In this document: positions 34,135 to 46,429 of the stretch, piece by piece | Position numbering within the stretch: position 1 is the stretch's first letter | Layout: each line of letters starts with the position of its first letter | Sequence record: NC_025447.1 | Strand: one strand, 5' to 3' | Length of the DNA stretch: 64,000 bases | Source: Escherichia phage 121Q | The notes under the pieces: model-generated | Seen by the model: the letters and a program-made list of their open reading frames with translations, nothing else | What the model was told of the DNA's origin: nothing | Database searches by the model: none | Position numbers and translations under genes: made by a program

Positions 34135-34191
34135 CACATGAAAATGGAGTATATATAATACTCCTATATTAATTAAACGAGGATATACGAA

Positions 34192-34764
34192 ATGGCTGGT
34201 GTTGATAAAATTTGTGAATTCAGTTCAGATTATGAAGGTTACGAGATGTACAAGTCCAAGCGTAATCACATTCAAGTACTGTCAAAGTACCGTAAAGAAT
34301 TCCGAGGCCACAAAGCAACATTGTATGTTTTTGAGAATGGATATTCTGAAGTTTTCACAAGTGGTGGGTACAGTACAGCTAACATGGCACATATCAACCC
34401 AAACCCAACTGAAGATGATTGGAATAGTGGTAACGCTTTTCGTATTTCAATTTTGAATAAAATGAATCGTTACGACCGTTATTGTACATTCTTTGAAAAT
34501 ATTTCAGAATACAAACAAGCATTAAAGAAATATAATCAACGCTTACTAATGAATTATGATTACATTCTTCATGTGCCAACTGTTCCAGGTCAGGTTAATG
34601 GTCTGTATACGAATAGTACACATGATTTAACTGCGGTGAAGCGTCGCCTCAAACGTATGTTGGGTTGTCGTAATTTAACAATCAAGGTTATGCGTAATGA
34701 ATCAATGTATAACTTTTTAGATGTACTACACTACACACTGAAGGATAATAATGGAAACGATTAA
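34192..34764 (+). CDS. hypothetical protein
   Basis: 190-aa ORF with AGGA RBS. Confidence 0.55.
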   Translation: MAGVDKICEFSSDYEGYEMYKSKRNHIQVLSKYRKEFRGHKATLYVFENGYSEVFTSGGYSTANMAHINPNPTEDDWNSGNAFRISILNKMNRYDRYCTFFENISEYKQALKKYNQRLLMNYDYILHVPTVPGQVNGLYTNSTHDLTAVKRRLKRMLGCRNLTIKVMRNESMYNFLDVLHYTLKDNNGND

Positions 34765-34948
34765 GTTTATGTTTGAGGTGTTTGTTGCATTCATCTTATG
34801 TGCTGTGTCTCTTACTATTGCTTTAATCCCAGTAATCGTTTACCAAGTTAATGGTGGGACAGATCCAACAATTGATATTTTACTTCGTTGTTTCGGCTTT
34901 TTTATATGGTTGGCGATGTTTATGTACTACATGCATCTTGAGGATTGA
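34751..34948 (+). CDS. hypothetical small membrane protein
   Basis: Two hydrophobic helices (FVAFILCAVSLTIALIPVIV; FGFFIWLAMFMYY). Confidence 0.5.
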   Translation: METIKFMFEVFVAFILCAVSLTIALIPVIVYQVNGGTDPTIDILLRCFGFFIWLAMFMYYMHLED

Positions 34949-35781
34949 TTATGTCATTAGAAAAAATAATCATTTCTGAATTCCGAAAGTATATCATGGA
35001 TTGTGATAGAGATGTGCAGCGTAAGTTCAATGAGTACCTTGACAAATATCCGTATTTGATGTTTAATCCGTTTGAAACTGATGATGATTTATATCTTGGT
35101 TTTTACATAGGATTTACTCAACGAATTCTTCATAAAGATGAAATGAAACAATCTGAGATTTGGGTAGAAACTGACTCATCAGAGTCTAATGTTTTTTATC
35201 TTTATACATATTATGCCGAAATTGTTAGAGATACGACACCTGATGGTTGTCTATTTATACAATCGTCTGATATTGAAAGAATATATATCGAACCTGTATC
35301 TTTAGATATGGTTGCCCAGCTTCCAACTATCCAACAGTTAGGTGCAGACGAATTAACTTATTCTGTATTTGAATATCTAGGTAGAGATGATTTGACTCAA
35401 GAAATTGATAAAATGGTTTCTAAATATACTTCATCACTTATTTCAAATGGTAAACTTAAATTAGAATTAATTTTTGAAGATACTAGTATTAATCCAGTAA
35501 GAGGGGTAACAATTGGAAAAGTTACCATACGTGTTGTTTACGATAATGAAGTATTAGGATATATTTCAAAACGTGGACATGATTTATGTATAATTAGTAC
35601 ATTCGTTGTTTCTCGTAAAAAATGGAATGATTTAATGCAAAAAATCGTGGACGGTAGTAAAATTCGTGATATAATATGTAATGACATGGTAATTATTAAT
35701 CCTGATGTTGACTGTGATGTATATTTTCCAGTTCCTGGATTTACACGAGAAAACTTTAGTAAATTGAAGGATAAGAAATGA
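34945..35781 (+). CDS. hypothetical protein
   Basis: 278-aa ORF. Confidence 0.55.
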   Translation: MIMSLEKIIISEFRKYIMDCDRDVQRKFNEYLDKYPYLMFNPFETDDDLYLGFYIGFTQRILHKDEMKQSEIWVETDSSESNVFYLYTYYAEIVRDTTPDGCLFIQSSDIERIYIEPVSLDMVAQLPTIQQLGADELTYSVFEYLGRDDLTQEIDKMVSKYTSSLISNGKLKLELIFEDTSINPVRGVTIGKVTIRVVYDNEVLGYISKRGHDLCIISTFVVSRKKWNDLMQKIVDGSKIRDIICNDMVIINPDVDCDVYFPVPGFTRENFSKLKDKK

Positions 35782-36068
35782 AAATTTTAGAAGTCTTGCT
35801 AGAAAAAGATGCATCTGGTACTCTTTATGTTGGTAATGAGTTCAGTCCAGATCCAATTGATATGTTACAGAGAATCCAAACACTGACTCAAAACATCTCG
35901 GTTAAAAAACCGTTTCAGAAAGAATTGGAAATCTTTTGTGATAAAGATATTGAACAGCATGATAATGTGATTTCAGATATTAAAAGTCTATTGACAAAAA
36001 ATGGTTATGTAGAGTATAATCCTCCTATCGTAATCGTTATTCCAGACTTCATGAAAGGAACAATTTAA
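35778..36068 (+). CDS. hypothetical protein
   Basis: 96-aa ORF. Confidence 0.5.
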   Translation: MKILEVLLEKDASGTLYVGNEFSPDPIDMLQRIQTLTQNISVKKPFQKELEIFCDKDIEQHDNVISDIKSLLTKNGYVEYNPPIVIVIPDFMKGTI

Positions 36069-36337
36069 TGACTAAAGAAGAAATGAAATCTCGCTTAAGC
36101 GAACTGAAGAAAGAACGTAAACTAGTACGTTTAGACTGGGATATCCTTAACAGGAAAGATGAGCAATCATATGCTAACTGGAGTTCTGATAAAGTACGAA
36201 ATGACCGTTCTAAAGAAGATGCAAAGCAATTCATGGCATTATCGAAGCGACTATCATCTTTGAACAGTGAAATTACTGGCCTTCAGAAAGAGATTATTTC
36301 CATTCTTAAAGCGGAGATTGAATCACTCTATGAATAA
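36068..36337 (+). CDS. hypothetical coiled-coil protein
   Basis: 89-aa ORF. Confidence 0.5.
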   Translation: MTKEEMKSRLSELKKERKLVRLDWDILNRKDEQSYANWSSDKVRNDRSKEDAKQFMALSKRLSSLNSEITGLQKEIISILKAEIESLYE

Positions 36338-36626
36338 ACATGAAGTAATTCATTTTGATGATAAGATCTATATTCCAAATATTGATAGTACTGAAACATA
36401 TTACCTAATCAATAAGATTATGGCTGAAACAAATACGTGTTGTCGTCAACAGCCAGGAAAATATGAGTTCAGTCAGACTATTGGTTATTACCGATATGAT
36501 ATGTTAGAATCATTTACAATTGATAAGTCTAAAGTTATTGACATTCTTGTACAGAATGGATATAATGAACAACGTGTAAATAATACAGATTTACCAGTTT
36601 CAAAAATTGTTCTTTCTAATAATTAA
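36330..36626 (+). CDS. hypothetical protein
   Basis: ORF; start placed at ATG 36330 overlapping upstream stop (track 36267). Confidence 0.45.
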   Translation: MNKHEVIHFDDKIYIPNIDSTETYYLINKIMAETNTCCRQQPGKYEFSQTIGYYRYDMLESFTIDKSKVIDILVQNGYNEQRVNNTDLPVSKIVLSNN

Positions 36627-36629
36627 AAA

Positions 36630-36658
36630 TTGGACAAGAACAGATATTGTGATATAAT
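36630..36658 (+). promoter_or_regulatory. sigma70-type promoter
   Basis: TTGGAC, 17-nt spacer, TATAAT with TG-like extended -10. Confidence 0.45.
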
Positions 36659-36741
36659 GTTTGTTATCGGCAGATATTAAAATGCAAACCATTCCTCAAT
36701 GATGAGGGTTTTTCATAAAAAAGAAATAAAAGGGTATTAAA

Positions 36742-36951
36742 ATGGCTAAAGAAACTAACGCACAAGTACTAGATATCACCGACTTCGACCGCACTGTGAA
36801 CTACATTCAATTCCAGATTCATCAAGCAGAAGAAGCTCTAGCAGTATTCCACGGTACTGGTGCAAGGCCAATCCGTTTTGCTCACTTGATTGCATGGAAG
36901 AAAAGTCTTCAAGAAGAACTATCTGAACTGCGTAAAGCAAATCGTAAGTAA
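36742..36951 (+). CDS. hypothetical small protein
   Basis: 69-aa ORF. Confidence 0.5.
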   Translation: MAKETNAQVLDITDFDRTVNYIQFQIHQAEEALAVFHGTGARPIRFAHLIAWKKSLQEELSELRKANRK

Positions 36952-37016
36952 TTTATCTTACCGCCTCATCATTTTTGATGGGGCATTTTAATCATATAAA
37001 GTAAGAGGATTTATAA

Positions 37017-37523
37017 ATGAGTGTTGAATATTGGTTTTTGTTTGTGTGTATTGGTACACTTGCATTAATCACCATTGGATTGATTTTCAATACCATGATT
37101 AGTGGAAGTAAGTACTTTAAGACATTCCAACTTTTAATGTCTGCTATGCCATATAGTGCTGATGCCGAAAAAACAATTTCTCTAATTTTAGATAAGTTCG
37201 ATGCAAATCTTTTGGTGGCTAAAATTTCAGCATGTGATACAAATATTTCATTTTACACTGTAGAGACAGAACAGAATGGGATTGATACACAATACTCAAA
37301 TCCAGTAGTTGCTGAAATTTTCATTGGTTCAAAATATTATGCCTATGGATATGTAAGAAAATATTATTCAGAAGCAAAAGCTGAGTTGACGAAGAAGCGA
37401 CCATCAATAAAAACTTTAAAACGCATCATTGCGTTGGAAAAATCACTTCGTGGTCAAACAAGCGTTAATGAGCCACCATCAGTGATTAAATCCAAAAAAA
37501 GTAATGTTGTGGAGTTGGAGTAA
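37017..37523 (+). CDS. hypothetical membrane-anchored protein
   Basis: N-terminal TM WFLFVCIGTLALITIGLIF. Confidence 0.55.
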   Translation: MSVEYWFLFVCIGTLALITIGLIFNTMISGSKYFKTFQLLMSAMPYSADAEKTISLILDKFDANLLVAKISACDTNISFYTVETEQNGIDTQYSNPVVAEIFIGSKYYAYGYVRKYYSEAKAELTKKRPSIKTLKRIIALEKSLRGQTSVNEPPSVIKSKKSNVVELE

Positions 37524-37813
37524 TGGAACCAGAAAAATCAAGAAAAATTCTTATTGATGTCCAAACTAAATTATTAGATATTATGGAAATCATCAATGAG
37601 TTACCACAGGGTTATCAGTACAAAGTTCGTGAAATGTTATCTTGTGCCGAAACCGTTGTTTCTATGTACGATGATATTCAACATGGTATTATCCCTGATA
37701 TTCTCAAAGATGACGTAAATATTAACACTGAGGTAAAAGAAACTAAATTAGAATCAGAAACAGTATCTAATAAAAAAGTTCTAGACCTTAGTGGTATAAA
37801 AATTAATATCTAA
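37523..37813 (+). CDS. hypothetical protein
   Basis: 96-aa ORF. Confidence 0.5.
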   Translation: MEPEKSRKILIDVQTKLLDIMEIINELPQGYQYKVREMLSCAETVVSMYDDIQHGIIPDILKDDVNINTEVKETKLESETVSNKKVLDLSGIKINI

Positions 37814-37835
37814 AAAACATCCAATAGGAGAAGTA

Positions 37836-37985
37836 ATGAGTAATCAAAAAATCGACTTAGTAGTAAAACTTCAAGAGATTCAAGCACTAGCTAAAGACCT
37901 TGATAACACACGTGCATCAGTAGTTGATTCACTATGTGCAACAATCCTGACTGTTTTTACAGATTACGAAAAGAAATCTGATTAA
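37836..37985 (+). CDS. hypothetical small protein
   Basis: 49-aa ORF with AGGAG RBS. Confidence 0.35.
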   Translation: MSNQKIDLVVKLQEIQALAKDLDNTRASVVDSLCATILTVFTDYEKKSD

Positions 37986-38039
37986 ACGTTACTTTGTAAA
38001 TACCCAGTCAAGTACTGGGTATTTTTTTAAGGAAATAAA

Positions 38040-38432
38040 ATGACTGAATCAGAACTACACGAAATGATAGATTTCATTTATGAAATGGTGCAAGATAAAA
38101 ATAACATCAATACAATTACTACTGGACCAAGACAAATTGGTAACCAAATGACCTATTCGTTGTCTTTATGGTTACACCCGAACTTCAAGGTTGATTGTTT
38201 GTATTTCCGTCCTGATATTGATGCTTATTATTTTGTAAATCATGATGCATTAATGAAACCAAATAAGCGTACAGTTGATGATACCTTTGTGACACACCCA
38301 TTTTACCTGGCTGATTCCGAAGAAGATGAGTTTCAAAAGAACACAACGTTAAACCTAGGTGAAATTTGCATCCCTCACGAACTTAAAGATAAAATGAATC
38401 ACATCACAGAAGTTATGAAAACATGCTTGTAA
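38040..38432 (+). CDS. EE-x-FFQ-x-S motif family protein (member 11, divergent)
   Basis: EEDEFQKNTTLNLGEI. Confidence 0.5.
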   Translation: MTESELHEMIDFIYEMVQDKNNINTITTGPRQIGNQMTYSLSLWLHPNFKVDCLYFRPDIDAYYFVNHDALMKPNKRTVDDTFVTHPFYLADSEEDEFQKNTTLNLGEICIPHELKDKMNHITEVMKTCL

Positions 38433-38480
38433 GTGCAATGAATCTCTAGTATAATACTATGACTTTTTTAAGGAGAACAT

Positions 38481-39050
38481 ATGAACTTTATTAAATTCAA
38501 CACATCTGAGTTAGAAGCATACTTTAATACAAATAATAAATTCAATATTATTCTTAAAGACGGAACAACTGTTATCGGAGTATCATTGCTTTCATTTGAT
38601 GGCGAAAAACTCAAAACTGTTTATAAATTCACCAATCTTGATGGTGATTACTGGGATACATCAGATGTATCTAAAATTTGTACACATTATGTATTTGAAT
38701 CAATTGAAGTTGGTGATGGATGGGCATTGACCTGTAATGGTAATAAAGTATTTTCTGGTAACATATTTGGGGTAATTTCAAGTAAAGAAATCGTAGACCA
38801 TCATCTTCATGTTCTCAATAATAACGCCAACACTTATACACCTGATAATATCAAAATTCACGATATTGTAACATATACTGATTATAATGGTTTCAGTCAT
38901 AAAGCAATCGTAACTGAAGTTAAAAAACCAAAAAATTATTTCGACCACGGTTTAATTGAAGTATATATGGTAGGTGGCGACACACAATACTTTGAACATT
39001 TCACTTATACTGGTTGGGATAGATTTCTAACCGTTATTGAGGAATACTAA
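38481..39050 (+). CDS. hypothetical protein
   Basis: 189-aa ORF with AAGGAG RBS. Confidence 0.55.
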   Translation: MNFIKFNTSELEAYFNTNNKFNIILKDGTTVIGVSLLSFDGEKLKTVYKFTNLDGDYWDTSDVSKICTHYVFESIEVGDGWALTCNGNKVFSGNIFGVISSKEIVDHHLHVLNNNANTYTPDNIKIHDIVTYTDYNGFSHKAIVTEVKKPKNYFDHGLIEVYMVGGDTQYFEHFTYTGWDRFLTVIEEY

Positions 39051-39051
39051 C

Positions 39052-39540
39052 ATGCCTATTCGTGGTGTACCAGAGCCATTAAATGAAGTATTAAAATATG
39101 TTAATATTGAACTGCGAGATGTAAATCTTCGAAGAAATAATATATATTACTTTAAATCAACTGAAATGTGTTCAGTGCAAGTAATTATAGGTACATCTGT
39201 TAAGATAACTCGTGTACTTGATGGTAGTACAGATTTCGTCGAATACAACGTACTTACTAACAAAGTAACACACACATATAAATGGAGTGGGTATAAAACT
39301 ATTAAGTATGAGTTTGATGTTGCTAGAACTGAAGAAGAACGATTTATGTTAAGTACTATCAATCCAGCAAACTACCCTGAACTTGATACATTTTTGCTAA
39401 TTTTAAAACTGTATAATGAAGCAAATGGGAAAGCTAAGGAGTATGATAGAATTATGTATGAACGCAAAAAAGAACGTGCTCAGAAAAGTTATGATCTTTA
39501 TGATAACCCATATGTAAAATATAATAAGGGGAGAAAATGA
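39052..39540 (+). CDS. EE-x-FFQ-x-S motif family protein (member 12, divergent)
   Basis: EEERFMLSTINPANYPELDTF; start at ATG 39052 (track 39037). Confidence 0.5.
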   Translation: MPIRGVPEPLNEVLKYVNIELRDVNLRRNNIYYFKSTEMCSVQVIIGTSVKITRVLDGSTDFVEYNVLTNKVTHTYKWSGYKTIKYEFDVARTEEERFMLSTINPANYPELDTFLLILKLYNEANGKAKEYDRIMYERKKERAQKSYDLYDNPYVKYNKGRK

Positions 39541-39941
39541 ATAACGAAGTTGAAATTATCATAACTCCACCTATACAAAGTCTTGATGTATCTATTAGTG
39601 ATTTTTTAGAAAAATATTATGAATGGTTTAATAATGATAATATCATTTATAATCATACATTACCAGATGGTTTCGTGGAGCTTATAGAATTAAATTCAAA
39701 ATCACTATACTTCTGTGTTGAATACAATGATTATATGACAGATGAAGCTTATCGTTTTCGTTGTACATTGTATCCGAATTATTTTTCAATAGGTTATAAA
39801 GACTACCAGTACTGCACCACTAACTACAGTGTAGAGGAAGAATTTCAGTACAATTTACTTTATCCAGATTTAGATTATACTATTGCAGTACTGTTATCTA
39901 AAATTATGGATTTTTATAAAGGTAAATACAGTGCAGCCTAA
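39537..39941 (+). CDS. EE-x-FFQ-x-S motif family protein (member 13, divergent)
   Basis: VEEEFQYNLLYPDLDYT. Confidence 0.45.
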   Translation: MNNEVEIIITPPIQSLDVSISDFLEKYYEWFNNDNIIYNHTLPDGFVELIELNSKSLYFCVEYNDYMTDEAYRFRCTLYPNYFSIGYKDYQYCTTNYSVEEEFQYNLLYPDLDYTIAVLLSKIMDFYKGKYSAA

Positions 39942-40116
39942 AACATTTGACGAGTGGTATCAAATGCATTACAATATAAATGCAGGTGATGTATACTTCT
40001 TTAAGTTGGAGTTGTTTTTATTGTTAAATGATCCCGAATCGTACTATAACAATATCATTTATTGTGATGATTTTAGTACATATTTTAGTATTGCAGTTAT
40101 GGATATAAAAAGATGA
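39883..40116 (+). CDS. small protein, possible divergent MTHEEW-family member
   Basis: Contains QPKTFDEWYQMHY; likely starts at in-frame GTG near 39931; start uncertain. Confidence 0.35.
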   Translation: MQYCYLKLWIFIKVNTVQPKTFDEWYQMHYNINAGDVYFFKLELFLLLNDPESYYNNIIYCDDFSTYFSIAVMDIKR

Positions 40117-40175
40117 CACATGAAGAATGGTTGGTACAAACTGAACACTTGGTTATAGCAAGTATGAAATTTTGA
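40113..40175 (+). pseudogene. truncated MTHEEW-family copy
   Basis: ATGACACATGAAGAATGG start identical to full-length paralogs but stop after 20 codons. Confidence 0.35.
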
Positions 40176-40476
40176 AATGAACAGTTGATGCACTTGGTAA
40201 GTAATAAAGCGTATTACGATGCATTCTTTGGGAAAAATGCTACAATTGAGGTTCATGTGTATTATGCTATTACATTTGGTGATTAATTTATGAAATATGA
40301 ACATTTAAAATACTATGCTGATAGAATAAATTATTATCCCTTTTATATAAGATTAGATGCATTAATATCAAAAAAAGTTGTATATAAACGTTCTCAAGCT
40401 GATCTAACCAATATAGCATTCATTCTTGCAGTACTGTCTAAAATGGGATAATATTAAATTAAGATGGATATTAAGA

Positions 40477-40653
40477 GATGACACATGAAGAATGGTTAGA
40501 TGAACTAAAATTCAAACATAATCCTTTTGGTTTTGGTATACGCCAAGGTCATTATGATGTGTTAAAAGATAAACAACTTTTCAAATCATTTGTACTTGAT
40601 GCGGATAGCAACCACTGGTTCATCTATGAGCTTGCAATTAGAGACAAAAAATA
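40477..40653 (+). CDS. MTHEEW-family small protein
   Basis: 58 aa MTHEEWLDEL...HWFIYELAIRDKK; below track cutoff. Confidence 0.5.
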
Positions 40654-40659
40654 GTAAGA

Positions 40660-40995
<336 letters not shown>

Positions 40996-40996
40996 A

Positions 40997-41179
40997 ATGA
41001 CACACGAAGAATGGATGTACAAACAGCATAAAGAACATGACTGCTTTGGGAATGGTATTCGTCAGGTACATTATGATATTCTCAAAGATATAAATTTATT
41101 CATAAAATATGTTTTGGATGAAAATAAACATTGGTTTATATATGAGATTGCATATAGAAACTCAAATAAACAAAAATAA
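40997..41179 (+). CDS. MTHEEW-family small protein
   Basis: MTHEEWMYKQ...HWFIYEIAYRN; paralog of 40477..40653. Confidence 0.5.
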   Translation: MTHEEWMYKQHKEHDCFGNGIRQVHYDILKDINLFIKYVLDENKHWFIYEIAYRNSNKQK

Positions 41180-41193
41180 ATAAGGAATATATT

Positions 41194-41412
41194 ATGGAAA
41201 CAACGTTATTTGAAGTTATTCAAGCATTAAAAACTGGTGATGACATTCAAGTATTGCTACATGGTTATCGTTTAAAAGGCACTGTGGTTTTAGTTAATGA
41301 CACAACGTTAGTTATTGCCGAAACAAATCCATATGATAGTAATCAAGTTGCTAATATCCATATTGATATTAAAAGCATTATTGGTGTAGGCGTAAATAAA
41401 AATCAAGAATAA
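41194..41412 (+). CDS. hypothetical small protein
   Basis: 72-aa ORF. Confidence 0.45.
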   Translation: METTLFEVIQALKTGDDIQVLLHGYRLKGTVVLVNDTTLVIAETNPYDSNQVANIHIDIKSIIGVGVNKNQE

Positions 41413-41490
41413 CAAATGTTTTTGAAAAAAACCAGAAAATGAATGATTTTTTTGGACAACTCAAAAATATATGATATAATAATTAGTACA

Positions 41491-41580
<90 letters not shown>

Positions 41581-41584
41581 ATAT

Positions 41585-41680
<96 letters not shown>

Positions 41681-41689
41681 CTAAAAACC

Positions 41690-41854
41690 ATGACGCATGA
41701 AGAATGGATGAATGATATTAATTTTAGATATTCGGGTATCGGTAGTTGGCGAAAATATCATTGGGAAATTATTTCAGACCCAGCAGAATACGATAAACTT
41801 ATAAACCATGAAGTATATCCGTGGTTCTTTATTGAAATAATGGTACGAATATGA
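41690..41854 (+). CDS. MTHEEW-family small protein
   Basis: MTHEEWMNDINFRYSGIGSW...; 54 aa. Confidence 0.5.
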   Translation: MTHEEWMNDINFRYSGIGSWRKYHWEIISDPAEYDKLINHEVYPWFFIEIMVRI

Positions 41855-42011
41855 CGCATGAAGAATGGATGAATGACATTAATTTTAGATATTCGGGTAT
41901 CGGTAAATGGCTAAAGTATCATTGGGAATTCATTTCAGAGCCACATATGTATGATAAACTTATCAACGATCCAGCATATGAAATGTACTTAATTGAACTA
42001 CTGGTACGAAT

Positions 42012-42015
<4 letters not shown>
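41851..42015 (+). CDS. MTHEEW-family small protein
   Basis: MTHEEWMNDINFRYSGIGKW...; near-duplicate of 41690 copy; ATGA overlap. Confidence 0.5.
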
Positions 42016-42177
<162 letters not shown>

Positions 42178-42185
42178 AAAAAAAG

Positions 42186-42595
<410 letters not shown>

Positions 42596-42599
<4 letters not shown>

Positions 42600-42630
42600 C
42601 TAAATAATTCAGTACTGAGGATATTAATAT
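42596..42630 (+). promoter_or_regulatory. degenerate copy of promoter cassette (copy 2)
   Basis: TTGACTAAATAATTCAGTACTGAGGATATTAATAT; -35 and spacer conserved, -10 degraded. Confidence 0.35.
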
Positions 42631-42656
42631 GTTTAAAGATGAACGTCCAGATTTGT

Positions 42657-42694
<38 letters not shown>

Positions 42695-42699
42695 GAATT

Positions 42700-43050
42700 C
42701 CACAATCAGACGTATATGGTGTAAGCTACGTCGATGCAATCCAGAACAAGATCTCTGGTACTCTAGGAAGTGGTGAATGTTAACCTAGACGGGTTTGATA
42801 ATTGGACGATAGGCAATTATTACTTGACTAGCAGGTTGAAACTAGAGGTGACAGTCCTTCACCAAACTGGAAAACCGGATGGACTTTTATTTAAAAGGGT
42901 AAGGCGTGGAAATATGTTTACAGAAGTTGCTTTTAGTAGCCTGTACGCCCCACGACAAGGTAGCCGAAAGGTAAGTTAAAACGGGTGGTTATAAAGCTGA
43001 ATTAACAGCGGCGTTTAAAAGCGTCACCATCCATTTTTTTAATTAAAGTT
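42700..43050 (+). ncRNA. candidate structured non-coding RNA downstream of early promoter
   Basis: About 350 nt between a consensus promoter and the next RBS with no convincing ORF, locally GC-richer, several hairpins including GGTGACAGTCCTTCACC and a GAAA-loop stem. Confidence 0.3.
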
Positions 43051-43056
43051 GGCGAT

Positions 43057-43809
<753 letters not shown>

Positions 43810-43826
43810 TTCACATGATATAGGGA

Positions 43827-44088
<262 letters not shown>

Positions 44089-44096
44089 GAATCTTC

Positions 44097-44498
44097 ATGA
44101 AAAAGAATGACTTGATCAAAATGCTCCAAGAGATTGACGGCAATCCAGAGATTGTTATTTGGAATGGCTATGTCGATGATTATATGAACATCGAAAAAGG
44201 CTTGACTAAAATCACACTAGTCAAAGAAACTGAACAGTTCCTTCTGAACGCATTAGAGCATGAATGGTGCGAACGTAACAAGACATTCGACATTCCAGAA
44301 GACCAACGAACTAAGATTGCAGAACGTGCTAAAGAACTTCATAAGAAGCGTGAATACGATTTCCAGAACCCATATGTTACTGAAGAAGAATTCAATCGCT
44401 GGTACGGAAAAAGAAAGTTGACAAAGTATGTTCTTTCACCTAAACTACGTGGTAAGACTTCTCTTGGTGTATTCAATGCATCTGACTTAGATTACTAA
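44097..44498 (+). CDS. hypothetical protein (paralog pair with 45138..45353)
   Basis: N-terminus MKKNDLIKMLQEIDGNPEIVIW resembles MKAKDLISILQKNPEADILIH. Confidence 0.55.
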   Translation: MKKNDLIKMLQEIDGNPEIVIWNGYVDDYMNIEKGLTKITLVKETEQFLLNALEHEWCERNKTFDIPEDQRTKIAERAKELHKKREYDFQNPYVTEEEFNRWYGKRKLTKYVLSPKLRGKTSLGVFNASDLDY

Positions 44499-44508
44499 GG
44501 AAAACAAA

Positions 44509-44829
44509 ATGATGTGGTATTCAAATGTACCGTGTGAACCTAAATATATTCAGATTTCACATAATGCACTGAAAGCGTTCTGTGATAATTGCAGTACTAA
44601 AGATTATCACTTCGAAGACTTCAGAACGTTGATTTATGACCATCACTGTCAGCCAGCAACCAAAGATGGTATGTTTGTAATTGAACAATTCTTTCATGGT
44701 AAGGTATTGCAAATTGTTGCTGATTATCTGAAAGCAATGGGATATATTATCAAAGATGATTATCTTGATTTAGAAGGTGAATGCATTGTTGATGGTTATG
44801 ATGGTGTACTGATGAATTGGACATGGTGA
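44509..44829 (+). CDS. hypothetical protein
   Basis: 106-aa ORF. Confidence 0.5.
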   Translation: MMWYSNVPCEPKYIQISHNALKAFCDNCSTKDYHFEDFRTLIYDHHCQPATKDGMFVIEQFFHGKVLQIVADYLKAMGYIIKDDYLDLEGECIVDGYDGVLMNWTW

Positions 44830-44833
44830 TGAA

Positions 44834-45136
44834 ATGATTGCAACAATGATGATTGTACTTATCCCAATAGTACTAGTAATTCTAGTGACTTCATATGGTG
44901 CAACCACAACTATTGAAGATCTAAAAACACATTACGCTATCGTCTTTAGTGAAGCACATGAAGACTTTGGTACAGTACTGACCGATAAGACTTATATTGC
45001 AACTAAATGTAAGTACTACCGATTCTGGGAACGTTCTGACAAATACCACTACAGAGATGAGAAAGGCGTGAATCAGTACTTAGACGTACTGGATGCATTC
45101 TTGAAACCTTACTATACAGTAACCGAGGTAAAATAA
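44834..45136 (+). CDS. hypothetical membrane-anchored protein
   Basis: N-terminal TM MIATMMIVLIPIVLVILV. Confidence 0.5.
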   Translation: MIATMMIVLIPIVLVILVTSYGATTTIEDLKTHYAIVFSEAHEDFGTVLTDKTYIATKCKYYRFWERSDKYHYRDEKGVNQYLDVLDAFLKPYYTVTEVK

Positions 45137-45137
45137 C

Positions 45138-45353
45138 GTGAAAGCTAAAGATTTGATTTCAATTTTACAGAAAAACCCAGAAGCAGATATTCTTATTCAT
45201 GCTTCGCCTTATGATGACTATGCGATTGGTAGTTGCGAAACTGCTCATTCATATCAAGCAGGGGACACCGCTGTTGAAGAGTCTGGTGAAGATTTTTCGG
45301 AATCATTTGATGAAGATGGAAAACTCTTAGTACCAGTCATCATTCTCTCATAA
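45138..45353 (+). CDS. hypothetical protein (paralog pair with 44097..44498)
   Basis: GTG start in track; N-terminal similarity to 44097 ORF. Confidence 0.45.
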   Translation: MKAKDLISILQKNPEADILIHASPYDDYAIGSCETAHSYQAGDTAVEESGEDFSESFDEDGKLLVPVIILS

Positions 45354-45360
45354 AAGAACG

Positions 45361-45543
<183 letters not shown>

Positions 45544-45562
45544 AGAGGTACTTCGAGTATGC

Positions 45563-45629
<67 letters not shown>

Positions 45630-45632
45630 TAA

Positions 45633-45661
45633 TTGACATAACTTTGAATGGAGTGTATTAT
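45633..45661 (+). promoter_or_regulatory. sigma70-type promoter
   Basis: TTGACA, 17-nt spacer, TATTAT. Confidence 0.5.
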
Positions 45662-45704
45662 GTTCCAAGAAGAAAACTGGGGTTTTTAACATAACGGGGA
45701 ATGT

Positions 45705-45837
<133 letters not shown>

Positions 45838-45838
45838 G

Positions 45839-45889
<51 letters not shown>

Positions 45890-45895
45890 TAATTA

Positions 45896-45968
45896 GCCGA
45901 CTTAGCTCAGTAGGTAGAGCGTTCCTCTTGTAAGGGAAATGTCACCAGTTCAATTCCGGTAGTCGGCA
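45896..45968 (+). tRNA. tRNA-Thr (anticodon UGU)
   Basis: Perfect acceptor GCCGACT/AGTCGGC, D-arm GCTCAGTAGGTAGAGC, anticodon loop CTTGTAA, T-loop TTCAATT; CCA not encoded. Confidence 0.65.
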
Positions 45969-45980
45969 CAAAATAAAGGT

Positions 45981-46421
<441 letters not shown>

Positions 46422-46429
<8 letters not shown>

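Noticed and set aside
34192-34764. ADP-ribosyltransferase (Alt/Mod-like) or 2H phosphoesterase assignment for the 190-aa ORF
   Set aside because: Could not find a convincing R / S-T-S / E-x-E triad or paired H-x-T/S motifs; left as hypothetical.
42770-42979. 69-aa + strand ORF inside the candidate ncRNA region
   Set aside because: No RBS, atypical amino-acid composition for this genome, and lies in a GC-richer structured stretch; more likely non-coding.
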